Shown here: in pieces, positions 49,134-58,890 of the stretch
Layout: each line of letters opens with the position of its first letter
Position numbering within the stretch: position 1 is the first letter of the stretch
Assembly (NCBI GenBank): GCA_963666315.2
Contig: CAXXHG010000018.1
Location: 96,001 to 160,000 of the forward strand
Origin: Candidatus Binatia bacterium
GTDB lineage: Bacteria > Desulfobacterota > Binatia > Bin18
DNA length: 64,000 nucleotides
Direction: 5' to 3'
The notes under the pieces: model-generated
Seen by the model: only the letters and a program-made list of their open reading frames with translations
Databases searched by the model: none
Told to the model about the DNA's origin: nothing
Made by a program: the position numbers and the translations under genes

Positions 49134-49213
49134 ACGTCCCCTCTTTTGTTTCTCTGAGTAAAGAGTCAGCCTGGACGTTAACGCGGAGCGCCAGACAGGG
49201 TCAAGGGAAAAGA

Positions 49214-49633
49214 TTAAATAAAGAGATCAGAAGAGATTTTGCGATACGTGGTCCAGCTCAGCGTATTAAGGACGGGAAACAGAAACCCAAGAATGCGGCC
49301 CAACGAGACGGCTTCAAACGCGCAAATCGCCACATAGCCGAGAACAAGAAACCAGCCTACTCCATAGGCAAGAAAGGGACCCGAAGTGGGATACGTGTAT
49401 GCAATTTCTCCTCCGGCAACCGGCAGCATAGTAGCCAGCTCCGCGTAGCACAGGCCAATAAGAATAATCAGTCCTGCGCTGCCAAGAAAGGCAAGACTCG
49501 TGCCCAACGGACCGGCGCTTTGGAGCCAGTCGCCGACCACAATCATCCAGCCCACGCCAATAATAGAACCAAAGGCGATGGCAAAAAAGCTAAACGGCCC
49601 GAGGTGTTTCTTGAGGATAGAGGTTTCAGTCAC
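49214..49633 (-). pseudogene. Truncated APC-family amino acid permease (N-terminal ~3 TM only)
   Basis: FGSIIGVGW, YAELATMLPVAGGE; only 139 aa and no continuation before the next gene. Confidence 0.8.
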
Positions 49634-49773
49634 ACTAGCGGTCTGTCACAGATCCCTCTGAGGGGAAACCCACCCTGGCGCTACACGCCACCCCTCCAAG
49701 GAGGCGATTATGCGGAACTTGACAGCTTTCTCGAAGTCGCCTCTTCTCGTGTTGTGAGGGAGGTACGCCGCCC

Positions 49774-49908
49774 TCAGGGGCGCGATTGTTTTTTCTTCTT
49801 AGATGGGACACTCAAGAGCCCGGTGAGGACCTGCTCAAAATCCAGCGGAGCTCCAGGAGCGGCAAGCCGGGGAGTGGCGCCGGAGGGCGGCGGCGCCTTC
49901 TTTTTCAT
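49774..49908 (-). CDS. 44-aa basic small ORF directly downstream of the IS1595 transposase
   Basis: MKKKAPPPSGATPRLAAPGAPLDFEQVLTGLLSVPSKKKKQSRP; GGAGG RBS; 15 bp after the transposase stop. Confidence 0.55.
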   Translation of the reverse strand: MKKKAPPPSGATPRLAAPGAPLDFEQVLTGLLSVPSKKKKQSRP

Positions 49909-49923
49909 CGGAGGCCCTCCTGG

Positions 49924-50796
49924 CTACCCGGCGATCAGCACCCGCTCAAACAAGTGGGGATCGGTGCGGTAATTATGCCGAAAGGTGAACTCATTGAGGT
50001 AAAACGGCAAGTAGCGCTGAGACACATGATGAAACGCGCCCATGATCCCGCGCTTGAGGAGCGACCAGAAGCTCTCAATGGTCTGGGTGTGGACCGGCCC
50101 GCGTACATATTCCCCCGCGCCGTGGCGGACGGTATCATGCCGATAACCGGCGTCGGCTAGGTGACGGTAGCCCGAGTGCTCATCGGTCACGACCAAGTCC
50201 GCGTGGAGGGACACCGTCGCGGTAACGAAGCCCTGCAAAGTCGGGGTGTCCGGTGTGCTGATGACTTTCGCCACCACGAGCCCCTGGCGGGCCAGAGCGC
50301 CGATCACCGGAATTTTCCCTGCCGTCCCGTTAAGGGGCCGGCGTTTGGCTTTTGGCTGGTTCCGCTCTTTGCCGCCCACATACGTTTCATCGACTTCCAC
50401 CTGCCCCACCAGCTGGGGGACGGCCTCCGTCGTCATCGCCGCCCGGATCCGGCGACACATCGACCACGTCGTGCGGTACGACCCCGACCCGATCATCCGA
50501 TGAATTTGCAGCGCACTCATCCCCTTTTTACTCTGACATAGCAGATAGATCACCTTGAACCAGATTGTCAGGGGATACTTCGTATTCTCGAACAGCGTGC
50601 CCACCAACGGCGAGAAGCGGTATCCCTGCTTGTTGCACTGCTTACATTGCCACTTCCAGGCCCGGGACACTTTATAGACCTTGGCGCTCTGACACCGCGC
50701 GCACCGCACCCCCGTCGGCCAGCGCAGGCCTACGAGATAGGCTAGACATTGCTCCTCGGTCCTAAACTGCTCCTCCAGTTCTTGTAATGTCAGCAT
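49924..50796 (-). mobile_element. IS1595-family DDE transposase (element ends tentatively ~49703 and ~50890)
   Basis: Zn ribbon CARC...CKQC, KKGMSALQ HTH region, VEVDETYVGG, TDEHSGY, HTQTIESFWSLLKR, YLNEFTFRHN; possible ends GGCGATTATG / rc AGCAACTTACG; no TSD seen. Confidence 0.92.
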
Positions 50797-50941
50797 TCCC
50801 CTACTTGAGCACAGCATGGCCTTGGTGTCATGCTGTGCATACTGGCCTCCTTGGAGGCTGACAAGGGTAGGTAAAAGCACGTAAGTTGCTGAACTTCCCC
50901 GCCTGTAGCCTGGATGAAGCGGAGTGAAATCCGAGACCCGC

Positions 50942-51011
50942 GTAGGGGCAAAGCATTTCTCAGTAATCCGAACGTCCTGGTGGCAAGTCGACAGAAATGC
51001 TTTGCCCCTAC
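50942..51011. repeat. REPIN-like element: perfect 19-bp inverted repeat starting GTAG
   Basis: GTAGGGGCAAAGCATTTCT (50942-50960) / AGAAATGCTTTGCCCCTAC (50993-51011). Confidence 0.85.
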
Positions 51012-51014
51012 CGA

Positions 51015-52055
51015 CTACCGATATAACGGTTTCAGATCTTGCGCGAGTTCCGCTAAGTCCGGTGGTCCGACAATGAGACCGTCTTTGACAATTTGCTCAT
51101 CGTCAAGCCAGAGCGATTGCTTGGACAGCACTGCGTCTGGATGGTTCTCTCCGCCACCCGGCATCCAAAAGGGGAGTCCTAAGCCTACCGCGTTATAGCC
51201 CGGCACACGCTGGTCCTCAAGAAAGCAATTTCCCGTATATCGCGCAGCAGGATGGATGCCGCAGGTGAAATGAATGATATATCCGAGCCCTTCGCCGCTG
51301 GCCCGTTTCAGCGACCGTTCGAGCACGGCTCCTTCGGCTACGCCACCCGAAATGTCTTGGACTGTTCCGTCTATGGTCAGACTAATAGGCTCTTCCAATG
51401 GCGTGTAGTATTCGTGGAATACGGTATCGAATTTCACAACGCCTTTGACCGAGTCCTCCTTGGGCATAATCATAACCGTACCTGGTACAAACAGGGCGCC
51501 CGGTCCGTTGGCCCGGCATGTTCCCATGGCCATGGGCTCCCCAACAGTGAAAGTCACATCCGTACCAACCCGATTGGTAATACGGCCCTGGGCGCCTTTC
51601 TTTTCCACGAGTAAGGCATCAAAGGCTTCGGTTACGGCAAAGAGTTTGTCTAAATCGACTTTAGCGAAGAGTCTCACCATAGACTCGGCATTCAATCCCG
51701 CTGCCAGATAGTAACGCGTGCGCTTATTCTCCATGGCCTCATCAAACGCGTGCGAGCCCGCCATATACGGGAAGTTGAGATCTATCCACACGTCGCAGTT
51801 CTTGACCGCCGCTCGGACTGGGTCAGAAATATACGGATCACCCAGTGCACCCTGAAACGGTAATTGTGGAGAAATGAGTAGGGCGACCGGCGTATCAAGA
51901 TTACGCGCTGCATTTTGAATGGCCTCGACTGTACGCATATCTGAGGCCGTATCAGCAGTGATAAGGACAGTCTCACCCGACTGCACCAACAGGACTTCGC
52001 GGATCATCGCTCCTGCCGCTTGCGCGAGTTCCGGACCAAGATTTGAGATCAACAT
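51015..52055 (-). CDS. Peptidase M29/NicX-fold metalloprotein
   Basis: GETVLITADT, GTDVTF, IIHFTCG, ENHPD (H...HxD metal motif), LWLDDEQIVKDG. Confidence 0.8.
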   Translation of the reverse strand: MLISNLGPELAQAAGAMIREVLLVQSGETVLITADTASDMRTVEAIQNAARNLDTPVALLISPQLPFQGALGDPYISDPVRAAVKNCDVWIDLNFPYMAGSHAFDEAMENKRTRYYLAAGLNAESMVRLFAKVDLDKLFAVTEAFDALLVEKKGAQGRITNRVGTDVTFTVGEPMAMGTCRANGPGALFVPGTVMIMPKEDSVKGVVKFDTVFHEYYTPLEEPISLTIDGTVQDISGGVAEGAVLERSLKRASGEGLGYIIHFTCGIHPAARYTGNCFLEDQRVPGYNAVGLGLPFWMPGGGENHPDAVLSKQSLWLDDEQIVKDGLIVGPPDLAELAQDLKPLYR

Positions 52056-52102
52056 GGCACGCTCCTTTTGTTGCCCTTCTTGGCTCTTTTGCCCATGTAT
52101 AT

Positions 52103-53269
52103 TTACTCGGCGTCAAGGCGTTCGAGATAGTAATTGGCAATGCTGTGTATGGCGACCTCAAATCGGGACATCGGACCAGGCCGGAAATACTTGGACGACA
52201 CGCCCTGCTGCAGCGATTTAATCATCAGAATATCCTCGGACAAAAATTCCTTGAGGAAGTCGTCGTAGACCTGCACCCGCTGCTGAAAGTCGGGTAGATC
52301 GAAATGCTGCTTGGGAAACAGCTGATAGGAGATGCCAACGGTTTTATCAACGCTTTCTCCTGGCCATACAGTCATAAAGCACAGGAAGTCATGGCGTGGG
52401 AACCACGGGATATTGGGACGCAGAAGGCTTGAATATCCACCTTCAGCCAATTTGCCTGAAATCCACGGAATCGTTCCGAACAACGAGTCCCCATTCGGGG
52501 CTAAGGTCTTACCCTTAAAATAGCTGTGATACCCGCCGCGCACCGGCCGAAACTCGTACGATTCAAGCGGCTGCCAGGGCCCAAAGGTATTCACGTGCAG
52601 CACCGCGATATGGTAGATATCAGTCAGATTCTCGTTAACAAACTTCCAGTTACAATCCAATTCAAACGAGAATTTACTGGCCAGCCGAAAGTCCTCGTAC
52701 CGATACGGCTTATAGGTCTGGGGAAAGTCGACTTCGTTCAACACATCCATAAGGTCCGGCGCATCAGGATCAAAATTCACAAACAAGAATCCTGCCCAGG
52801 TATCCACCCGGAGCGGCACAAGGCCGAAATCAGCAGTATCAAAGCCTTCCATTTCCTCGGAGTACGGTGCGTTGACCAACTTGCCCTGCAGGTCATAGGT
52901 CCAGCCATGGTAGGGACACGAAAATGCCTGCTGACAGCCCTTGCCAAAAGGCGTGCCACTATCGGATTCGCCAAAAGCAACCTGGGTACCCCGGTGTCGG
53001 CACACGTTTGAGAACGCTCTGAGCTCCCCAGCCGCGTCTTTACAGACCACGATCGGTTCGCCGGCCACCCGGAAGGTCAAGTAATCGCCGGGTTGGTCGA
53101 GTTCTTCAACCCGTCCCATACACAGCCACTCTTTTTGGAAGATACGTTCTTTCTCTCGCTCGTATATCTCAGGCGAGGTATAGAAGTACGCTGGCATATG
53201 GCGAGCCTGGGAAAGCGTTTTTTGTGTTCGAGCCGCCCCCTCGTTCACAAGTTGTGGGAGTAATGTCAT
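52103..53269 (-). CDS. Rieske oxygenase alpha subunit (choline monooxygenase/CntA-like)
   Basis: CRHRG...CPYH; NWKFVNENLTDIYHIAVLH; SED. Confidence 0.92.
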   Translation of the reverse strand: MTLLPQLVNEGAARTQKTLSQARHMPAYFYTSPEIYEREKERIFQKEWLCMGRVEELDQPGDYLTFRVAGEPIVVCKDAAGELRAFSNVCRHRGTQVAFGESDSGTPFGKGCQQAFSCPYHGWTYDLQGKLVNAPYSEEMEGFDTADFGLVPLRVDTWAGFLFVNFDPDAPDLMDVLNEVDFPQTYKPYRYEDFRLASKFSFELDCNWKFVNENLTDIYHIAVLHVNTFGPWQPLESYEFRPVRGGYHSYFKGKTLAPNGDSLFGTIPWISGKLAEGGYSSLLRPNIPWFPRHDFLCFMTVWPGESVDKTVGISYQLFPKQHFDLPDFQQRVQVYDDFLKEFLSEDILMIKSLQQGVSSKYFRPGPMSRFEVAIHSIANYYLERLDAE

Positions 53270-53317
53270 ATGAATTCTCCTCTTTTTTGTCCACTAGCAG
53301 ACATTCGGGCCTCGCTG

Positions 53318-54343
53318 TCAAGCTCTGACGTGCTCCTCAGCCAGACATGCTTGAATGGCCTTGTCGATAAAGGCCATATCGGTTGGATTCACGCCCATAC
53401 CGGCGTAGTGCCCCCAGACGGATGGGATGGGCTTTAACTTGGCATGGGGCATACAGGCGACTTCAGCTTCACTATCCTCAGGCGGGAAATACAGATCGGT
53501 TTGACATGGCATAACAACGGCTTTGGCTTTGATTGAAGCGAGCGCCTTCTCGTGATCGCCGTCGAACCCTGGAGTCTCCCCTACGTTGTGTGTTTGCCAG
53601 GTTTTCACCTGAGACAGATAGTTGTTCACATCGCGCTGCAGAAAGCGTCCTTCCAAAGCGTTGACCATAAAGTCCTCGACCGTTGGATGGCCCAGTTCTT
53701 TGTAAAGCTCTTGACGATACCATGCCTGTGAAAATCCCCAGCCAGAATAAACTCGGGCCATGGCTCGGAGTGCGCGTAAAGGCGGTTGGGTGTACAGCCC
53801 TCCCTCCCAAGCAGGATCAAGCTTGGGCACGCTGGCCATGCCCTCAAGAAATGCCCAGGTATGCGCCGTGGTCCGGGCGTGTCCGCACCACGGCGCAATA
53901 CGTTCCATCATATCGGGATAGCTGACTGCCCACTGAAAGGTCTGCTGGGCGCCCATGGAATAGCCAGATACCATCTTGAGTCTCTTGATCTTCAGTTCTT
54001 CAGTGAGCAGCGTGTATTGCGCGCGGACATTATCCCGAATCGCAACGTGCGGAAAATACGGACCATTCTGCGGCTGCGGCGTATTACTCGGCGATGACGA
54101 CAGACCGTTGGCAAACATATTGGTTGCAATGACAAAATATTTTGAAGGGTCAAAGCAGCGGCCTTTTTTGATGAGGGGTTCGTAGCCTTGGTGGGTTCCC
54201 GCAATATACGAACACAGCAGGATGGCGTTACTCTTTCGACTGCTCAGTTTGCCGTAGGTTTTGTAGGCCAGCTTCGCATCGTGAAGGATCATCCCGCCTT
54301 CGAGTGGAAAGTTGCCGAGAGAAAAATTTGTATAATCAGCCAT
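53318..54343 (-). CDS. Homoserine O-acetyltransferase (MetX)-like alpha/beta hydrolase
   Basis: LAYKTYG, NGLSSSPSN, GYSMGA, DLYFPP, WGH. Confidence 0.85.
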   Translation of the reverse strand: MADYTNFSLGNFPLEGGMILHDAKLAYKTYGKLSSRKSNAILLCSYIAGTHQGYEPLIKKGRCFDPSKYFVIATNMFANGLSSSPSNTPQPQNGPYFPHVAIRDNVRAQYTLLTEELKIKRLKMVSGYSMGAQQTFQWAVSYPDMMERIAPWCGHARTTAHTWAFLEGMASVPKLDPAWEGGLYTQPPLRALRAMARVYSGWGFSQAWYRQELYKELGHPTVEDFMVNALEGRFLQRDVNNYLSQVKTWQTHNVGETPGFDGDHEKALASIKAKAVVMPCQTDLYFPPEDSEAEVACMPHAKLKPIPSVWGHYAGMGVNPTDMAFIDKAIQACLAEEHVRA

Positions 54344-54380
54344 ATGCGCCCTTCTATCTCCTCCAGCCCATCAAGCTTAT

Positions 54381-55558
54381 CTAGCCCATTAAGCCCTCGT
54401 CATACATGCCACGAATTGGCTGATTTTCAGCAAAGCCGGTAAAGCGAAAAGCATCAAGGTCTGAGCCAGGCTGTTTGCCGTTGATAATCAACTCAGCCAT
54501 CATCTCCCCGACCGCGGGCGCGAGCTTGAACCCGTGTCCGCTAAACCCCACCGCCATGTAAAAGCCACGAATCCCAGGCACAGCATCCAGGATGGGATGC
54601 CAGTCCGGCATAACGTCAAAAAATCCGGAATAGCCGCTGTGGAAATAACCGGACTCGAAAGGCGGAAAACGATGGGTCACATAGCCCGTCATCTCAACGG
54701 TCTTGTCGTAGCCCACGCCATGATCGTACTGATCGGGATCAACCCGGTCGTTGATTTCGATCGGATCGAGCGAACCAACCAGGGTCAGATCTTGCCCCTC
54801 GGGCCGTGTATAGATTTGACTGACGAAGTCGTAAAACATGGGATGCCGGCGGCTGCTTCGCCTGGCCGCTTCACAAAGCAGATGTTATGTCGGCAGACTG
54901 TGAGCGGAATGGCTGCCTCGACCATTGCCGCTATGCGGTCGCCCCACGCCCCAGCAGCATCAACAACCGTAGGAGTCGAAAAGTTGCCTTGATTCGTCAC
55001 TACCTCGGTGACAGCCCCGCCAGTGAGCTTGAGGCCCACGACTTCGGTTCCTTGATATAATTGCACCCCCAGTTCTCGCGCGCGCCGTATAAAGGACGAG
55101 GTCGTGTCCGAGGGGTCGGCATAACCCGAATCCGGCTCCCAGGCTCCGCCAGCAAAATCCTAGACACGAGTTCGGGGTTCAATTTCTCGAATTTCTTCGG
55201 GGGTAATCAAGCGGGTATTGATACCCACTTGCTGCTGCATTGCTACGACTTTTTTGAGAGTGGCAAAATCGCGCTCCGGCACTCCCATGAGATAGACCGT
55301 TTTTGTAAAACCGGCTGAGCTTCCGACGACATCGGCAAAGTTTTCAAAAACGTCGAGGCTGCGCCGAACCATGCGTGCTGTCACCTCAGTTGAGTAGTGC
55401 TGGCGAATACAGGCCGAGCTTTTTCCGGTCGCACCTGAGGCAATAAAGTTCTTCTCTAAGACGACGACATTTGTCGTGCCGCGCCTGGCCAGATTAAAAG
55501 CAATACTCGCTCCGGTCACGCCGCCGCCGATAATCACAACATCCGCAGTCTCGGCCAT
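54381..55558 (-). pseudogene. FAD-dependent oxidoreductase (DAO/sarcosine oxidase beta-like), interrupted twice
   Basis: IIGGGVTG, GATGKSSA, EPDSGYADP, AAGAW, GFSGHGFKLAP; in-frame TAG at 55160-55162 and a frameshift near 54845-54855. Confidence 0.88.
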
Positions 55559-55608
55559 AACTGCCTCCTTCACGTCATGCACATCATGGTGAAGTATCCT
55601 ACCGAGGG

Positions 55609-56424
55609 CTATGCGCGACGTGCAACCCAGATTTGCTCCTGTCCATAACGAAAAGGCCGACGCCGAAAATCGCCGTACAGCTCCGCCACCTTGAAGCCGC
55701 ATAATTCCAGCAGGTAACGCATCTCATGGCGATAGATATAGCGCAGCCTGAGGGGTCGGTAGGTCTTGGCTATGACATGTCCTGCGTCGTCTAGTTCTTC
55801 AAAAATGATGTCCTCCTCAAGCATTTGACGGTCCATGTCATAGTGCCGCGTGGTCCATACAACAACACGATTTCCGCTGCGCGGATGAATAAACTCGGAA
55901 TCTTTCTGCAGGCAGGACGCCTGGAGCCCTAAATGAGAGGCTATCATCTCTATGTTGGGATCAAAGATGTTAAACACAAGGCGGCCATTATCAGTCAGGT
56001 GTTTACGCATACACGTCAGAGCACGACGTTGATCTCTTGGCGTCGTGAGATGGAGAAATGCACGGTAAGGAATCGTAATTAATGCAAAGCGCTTGCCCAA
56101 AGCGAAATCGCGCATATCGCCTTCAATCAACTCAACTCGCTCCTGGGTTTCTGGGCTTGTAGCGACCAGCTTTTGCCTGGTGAGAGCGAGCATAGCCGGC
56201 GCCTGATCTAAACCGATCACTGCACAGCCGGCCTCGGCCATGGGGATCAAGATCCGGCCGGTTCCACAACCGATCTCTAACACTGGCGTATCGACCTGAC
56301 GCGCCTCTTCAATATAGAACTGTACATCACCCACAAGGCCGGTTGAGTAACAATCATAAAACAGGGCGGCAATTTCGTCGTATTCTTGCTGATCGTATTC
56401 TTTCATGTCCAGATTCCCAGCCAC
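55609..56424 (-). CDS. Class I SAM-dependent methyltransferase
   Basis: VLEIGCGTGR, GLD, GDMRDF. Confidence 0.92.
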   Translation of the reverse strand: MAGNLDMKEYDQQEYDEIAALFYDCYSTGLVGDVQFYIEEARQVDTPVLEIGCGTGRILIPMAEAGCAVIGLDQAPAMLALTRQKLVATSPETQERVELIEGDMRDFALGKRFALITIPYRAFLHLTTPRDQRRALTCMRKHLTDNGRLVFNIFDPNIEMIASHLGLQASCLQKDSEFIHPRSGNRVVVWTTRHYDMDRQMLEEDIIFEELDDAGHVIAKTYRPLRLRYIYRHEMRYLLELCGFKVAELYGDFRRRPFRYGQEQIWVARRA

Positions 56425-56655
56425 GCTACGCCATGCATTCTACTCAGTACGCTTCTTTTCATAGGCAGGCATACTGGCATATTCCATTTCCTTTGTGAAT
56501 CAACTCCTCTTCCTATAAACAAGGGGAGAAAACTGTCTCGCCTGCAGGTCAGGTAGCAGTTATGTAGGAGGGGGCGGGGAACCCTTCTGGCTCAAAAACC
56601 AGTTAACACAAGAGAACACTGAGACCCGAATCAACAGCGCTGGAGGAGAAGACTT

Positions 56656-58179
56656 ATGTCGGCCAGTAGTTTTGCACTCCCGGAAGACGTCTATAACCAA
56701 GCCCTTGTGGCCCATGTCCATCCACGCGACTGGACGAACCCAGAGCCTGCTCCGAGATACAATCTTGTCGTCCTGGGTGGCGGTACTGCCGGGTTAATTA
56801 CTGCAGCCGGAGCAGCCGGACTGGGCGCGAAGGTCGCCCTGATCGAACGAGAACATTTAGGCGGCGACTGCCTGAACGTTGGCTGCGTTCCGTCAAAAGC
56901 CCTCATTCGGGCGGCGCGGGCGTATGCGGATGTACGCGATGCCGGGCAGTACGGCGTGGAAGTCCCTGAGGGAATACGCGTTAATTTCCCGGCGGTTATG
57001 GAACGCATGCGGCGGCTACGATCAGAGATCAGTCCGAATGATTCCGCCGCACGCTATCGTGACGAACTCGGCGTGGATGTATTCTTAGGCGATGGTCGCT
57101 TTGTCGATTCGGATACGGTCGAAGTAGACGGGAAGAAACTGCGTTTCCGTCGTGCGGTGATCGCCACGGGAGCCCGGGCAATCCCGCTCCCTATCCCCGG
57201 TCTCACCGAATCCGGCTATCTGACAAACGAGACGGTGTTCTCGTTGACCGAGCTGCCCAAACGGCTCGCCGTTATCGGTGCCGGTCCGATTGGCTGCGAA
57301 CTGGCCCAGACGTTCGCCCGATTCGGATCGCAAGTGACATTATTGGAAGTCATGTCGCAAATCCTCATCCGCGAGGACAAGGACGCCGCCGCACTCATCC
57401 AAGCTGCCCTGATTCGGGATGGCGTCTCCCTCGCTCTGGGCTGCAACATCAAAGGTCTCACCCAAGACGGCCAGGACAAAGTGCTGAATATTGAAACGGA
57501 TGGGGAAAGCCAGGAAGTACGTATTGACGAAGTCCTGCTCGGAGTGGGTCGCGCACCCAACGTTGAAGGGCTCAACCTAGAAGCGGTCGGAGTCGATTTC
57601 GATACCAAACAAGGAGTGAAGGTTGACGACCGGCTTCAGACAACCAATCCTCGCATTTATGCCGCCGGTGACATTTGCTCGCCGTATAAATTTACACACA
57701 CGGCCGATGCGCTGGCACGCATAGTGATACAAAACACGCTGTTTCTGGGGCGCGCCAAGTCCAGCACGTTAACCATACCGTGGTGTACGTATACCGATCC
57801 CGAGATCGCCCACGTCGGCCTGTATGAACACGAGGCGGAACAACAAGGTTTTGCAATCCAAACCTTTACCCAAGAGCTGCAGTATATAGATCGGGCCATT
57901 CTCGCAGGCGAGACTGCCGGCTTTGTCAAAATCCATACAAAAGCGGGCAGTGACGCCATCGTCGGGGCAACGATAGTCGCGCGTCATGCGGGTGAAATGA
58001 TCTCAGAGATCACACTGGCCATGGTCGGCGGACTGGGGCTCGGCAGCCTGGCCAAAACCATACATCCCTATCCCACCCAAGCCGAGGCCATTAAACGCGC
58101 GGCGGATGCCTATAATCGCACCCGTCTCACCCCACGGGTCAAATCGTTGTTTACCAAGTGGCTGGCCTGGACGCGCTAG
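56656..58179 (+). CDS. Pyridine nucleotide-disulfide oxidoreductase (MerA/dihydrolipoamide dehydrogenase-like)
   Basis: GGGTAG, GGDCLNVGCVPSK, GAGPIG, HPYPT; no C-terminal Cys-Cys. Confidence 0.92.
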   Translation: MSASSFALPEDVYNQALVAHVHPRDWTNPEPAPRYNLVVLGGGTAGLITAAGAAGLGAKVALIEREHLGGDCLNVGCVPSKALIRAARAYADVRDAGQYGVEVPEGIRVNFPAVMERMRRLRSEISPNDSAARYRDELGVDVFLGDGRFVDSDTVEVDGKKLRFRRAVIATGARAIPLPIPGLTESGYLTNETVFSLTELPKRLAVIGAGPIGCELAQTFARFGSQVTLLEVMSQILIREDKDAAALIQAALIRDGVSLALGCNIKGLTQDGQDKVLNIETDGESQEVRIDEVLLGVGRAPNVEGLNLEAVGVDFDTKQGVKVDDRLQTTNPRIYAAGDICSPYKFTHTADALARIVIQNTLFLGRAKSSTLTIPWCTYTDPEIAHVGLYEHEAEQQGFAIQTFTQELQYIDRAILAGETAGFVKIHTKAGSDAIVGATIVARHAGEMISEITLAMVGGLGLGSLAKTIHPYPTQAEAIKRAADAYNRTRLTPRVKSLFTKWLAWTR

Positions 58180-58217
58180 CACGACGCTGCGTTCCCTCGG
58201 CTCTGAGCAGCTGCTTC

Positions 58218-58472
58218 TTAACGGGCTGCGTACTGAACGGTCATTGTCCGCAGCCGCCTTTTCTGCATCCAGTCAAGGCGGCGCTGGAATTGCTGCCACC
58301 CCCGCTCCGGAGTTGCTTTGACATAGGATTGCTGCTCGATGTGACGCCCGGTCTGTTCCCCCGTAGCCGTCAGAAAGCTGACAGTAAGAAGACCCGCAAA
58401 GAGTAGCCTGGTCCCACGGTCAACCATTTGAGAACACAGCTTTTTTGTTTGATGAGAAGAGAAAACTCTCAT
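58218..58472 (-). CDS. Small hypothetical protein
   Basis: 84 aa; AAAGGAG 6 nt before ATG; one hydrophobic stretch. Confidence 0.4.
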   Translation of the reverse strand: MRVFSSHQTKKLCSQMVDRGTRLLFAGLLTVSFLTATGEQTGRHIEQQSYVKATPERGWQQFQRRLDWMQKRRLRTMTVQYAAR

Positions 58473-58675
58473 ACCCTACTCCTTTGAGTTCAGATCGAAG
58501 CTGCTCTAATTTCGCAACCTCCATGCCAAACATTCGGCACCCCCTCTCTCTATCGGTCTCGCTCTCTAGCCCTATAAAATAGAGGGGCGGCTGGCATGGC
58601 ATTTCTCTTGGTAAGCAACGCAGGGCCTACCAGAAGTGGCAGCGGTTATGGGAGGGCCAAGGAACTCGGGCTTAA

Positions 58676-58830
58676 GAGCCACTAACAAAACTCCGTCTTG
58701 TGCCGTAGGCCTGGATACCTGCTTTCGCAGGTATGACACAAAAAGATTGTCATTCCCGTGGAAACGGGAATCCAGGGGGAGAGGCCGGGGTACTGAGAAC
58801 TTATACTCTAGGCAGTTTGGTTATGCATTC
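58676..58830. mobile_element. MITE-like element, copy 2
   Basis: GAGCCACTAACAAAAC ... GTTTGGTTATGCATTC, flanks TAA/TGA; same internal CTGGATnCCTGCTTTCGCAGG and ATTCCC-N8-GGGAATCCAG as 30419..30571. Confidence 0.75.
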
Positions 58831-58890
58831 TGAGCAGAATGTGGCAATGGCTGATGAGGGTGGCGGAACGGTCGCGCACCGATCCGACTT

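Noticed and set aside
53318-54343. Assignment as metX (methionine biosynthesis)
   Set aside because: Lacks the HALTG motif and sits in a catabolic cluster; only fold-level similarity is supported.
55160-55162. Amber read-through or pyrrolysine recoding (in-frame TAG here and at 43687)
   Set aside because: Both genes carry additional lesions, and many intact genes in the window end in TAG.
56656-58179. Mercuric reductase / mercury resistance
   Set aside because: No C-terminal Cys-Cys pair, no NmerA domain, no mer genes nearby.
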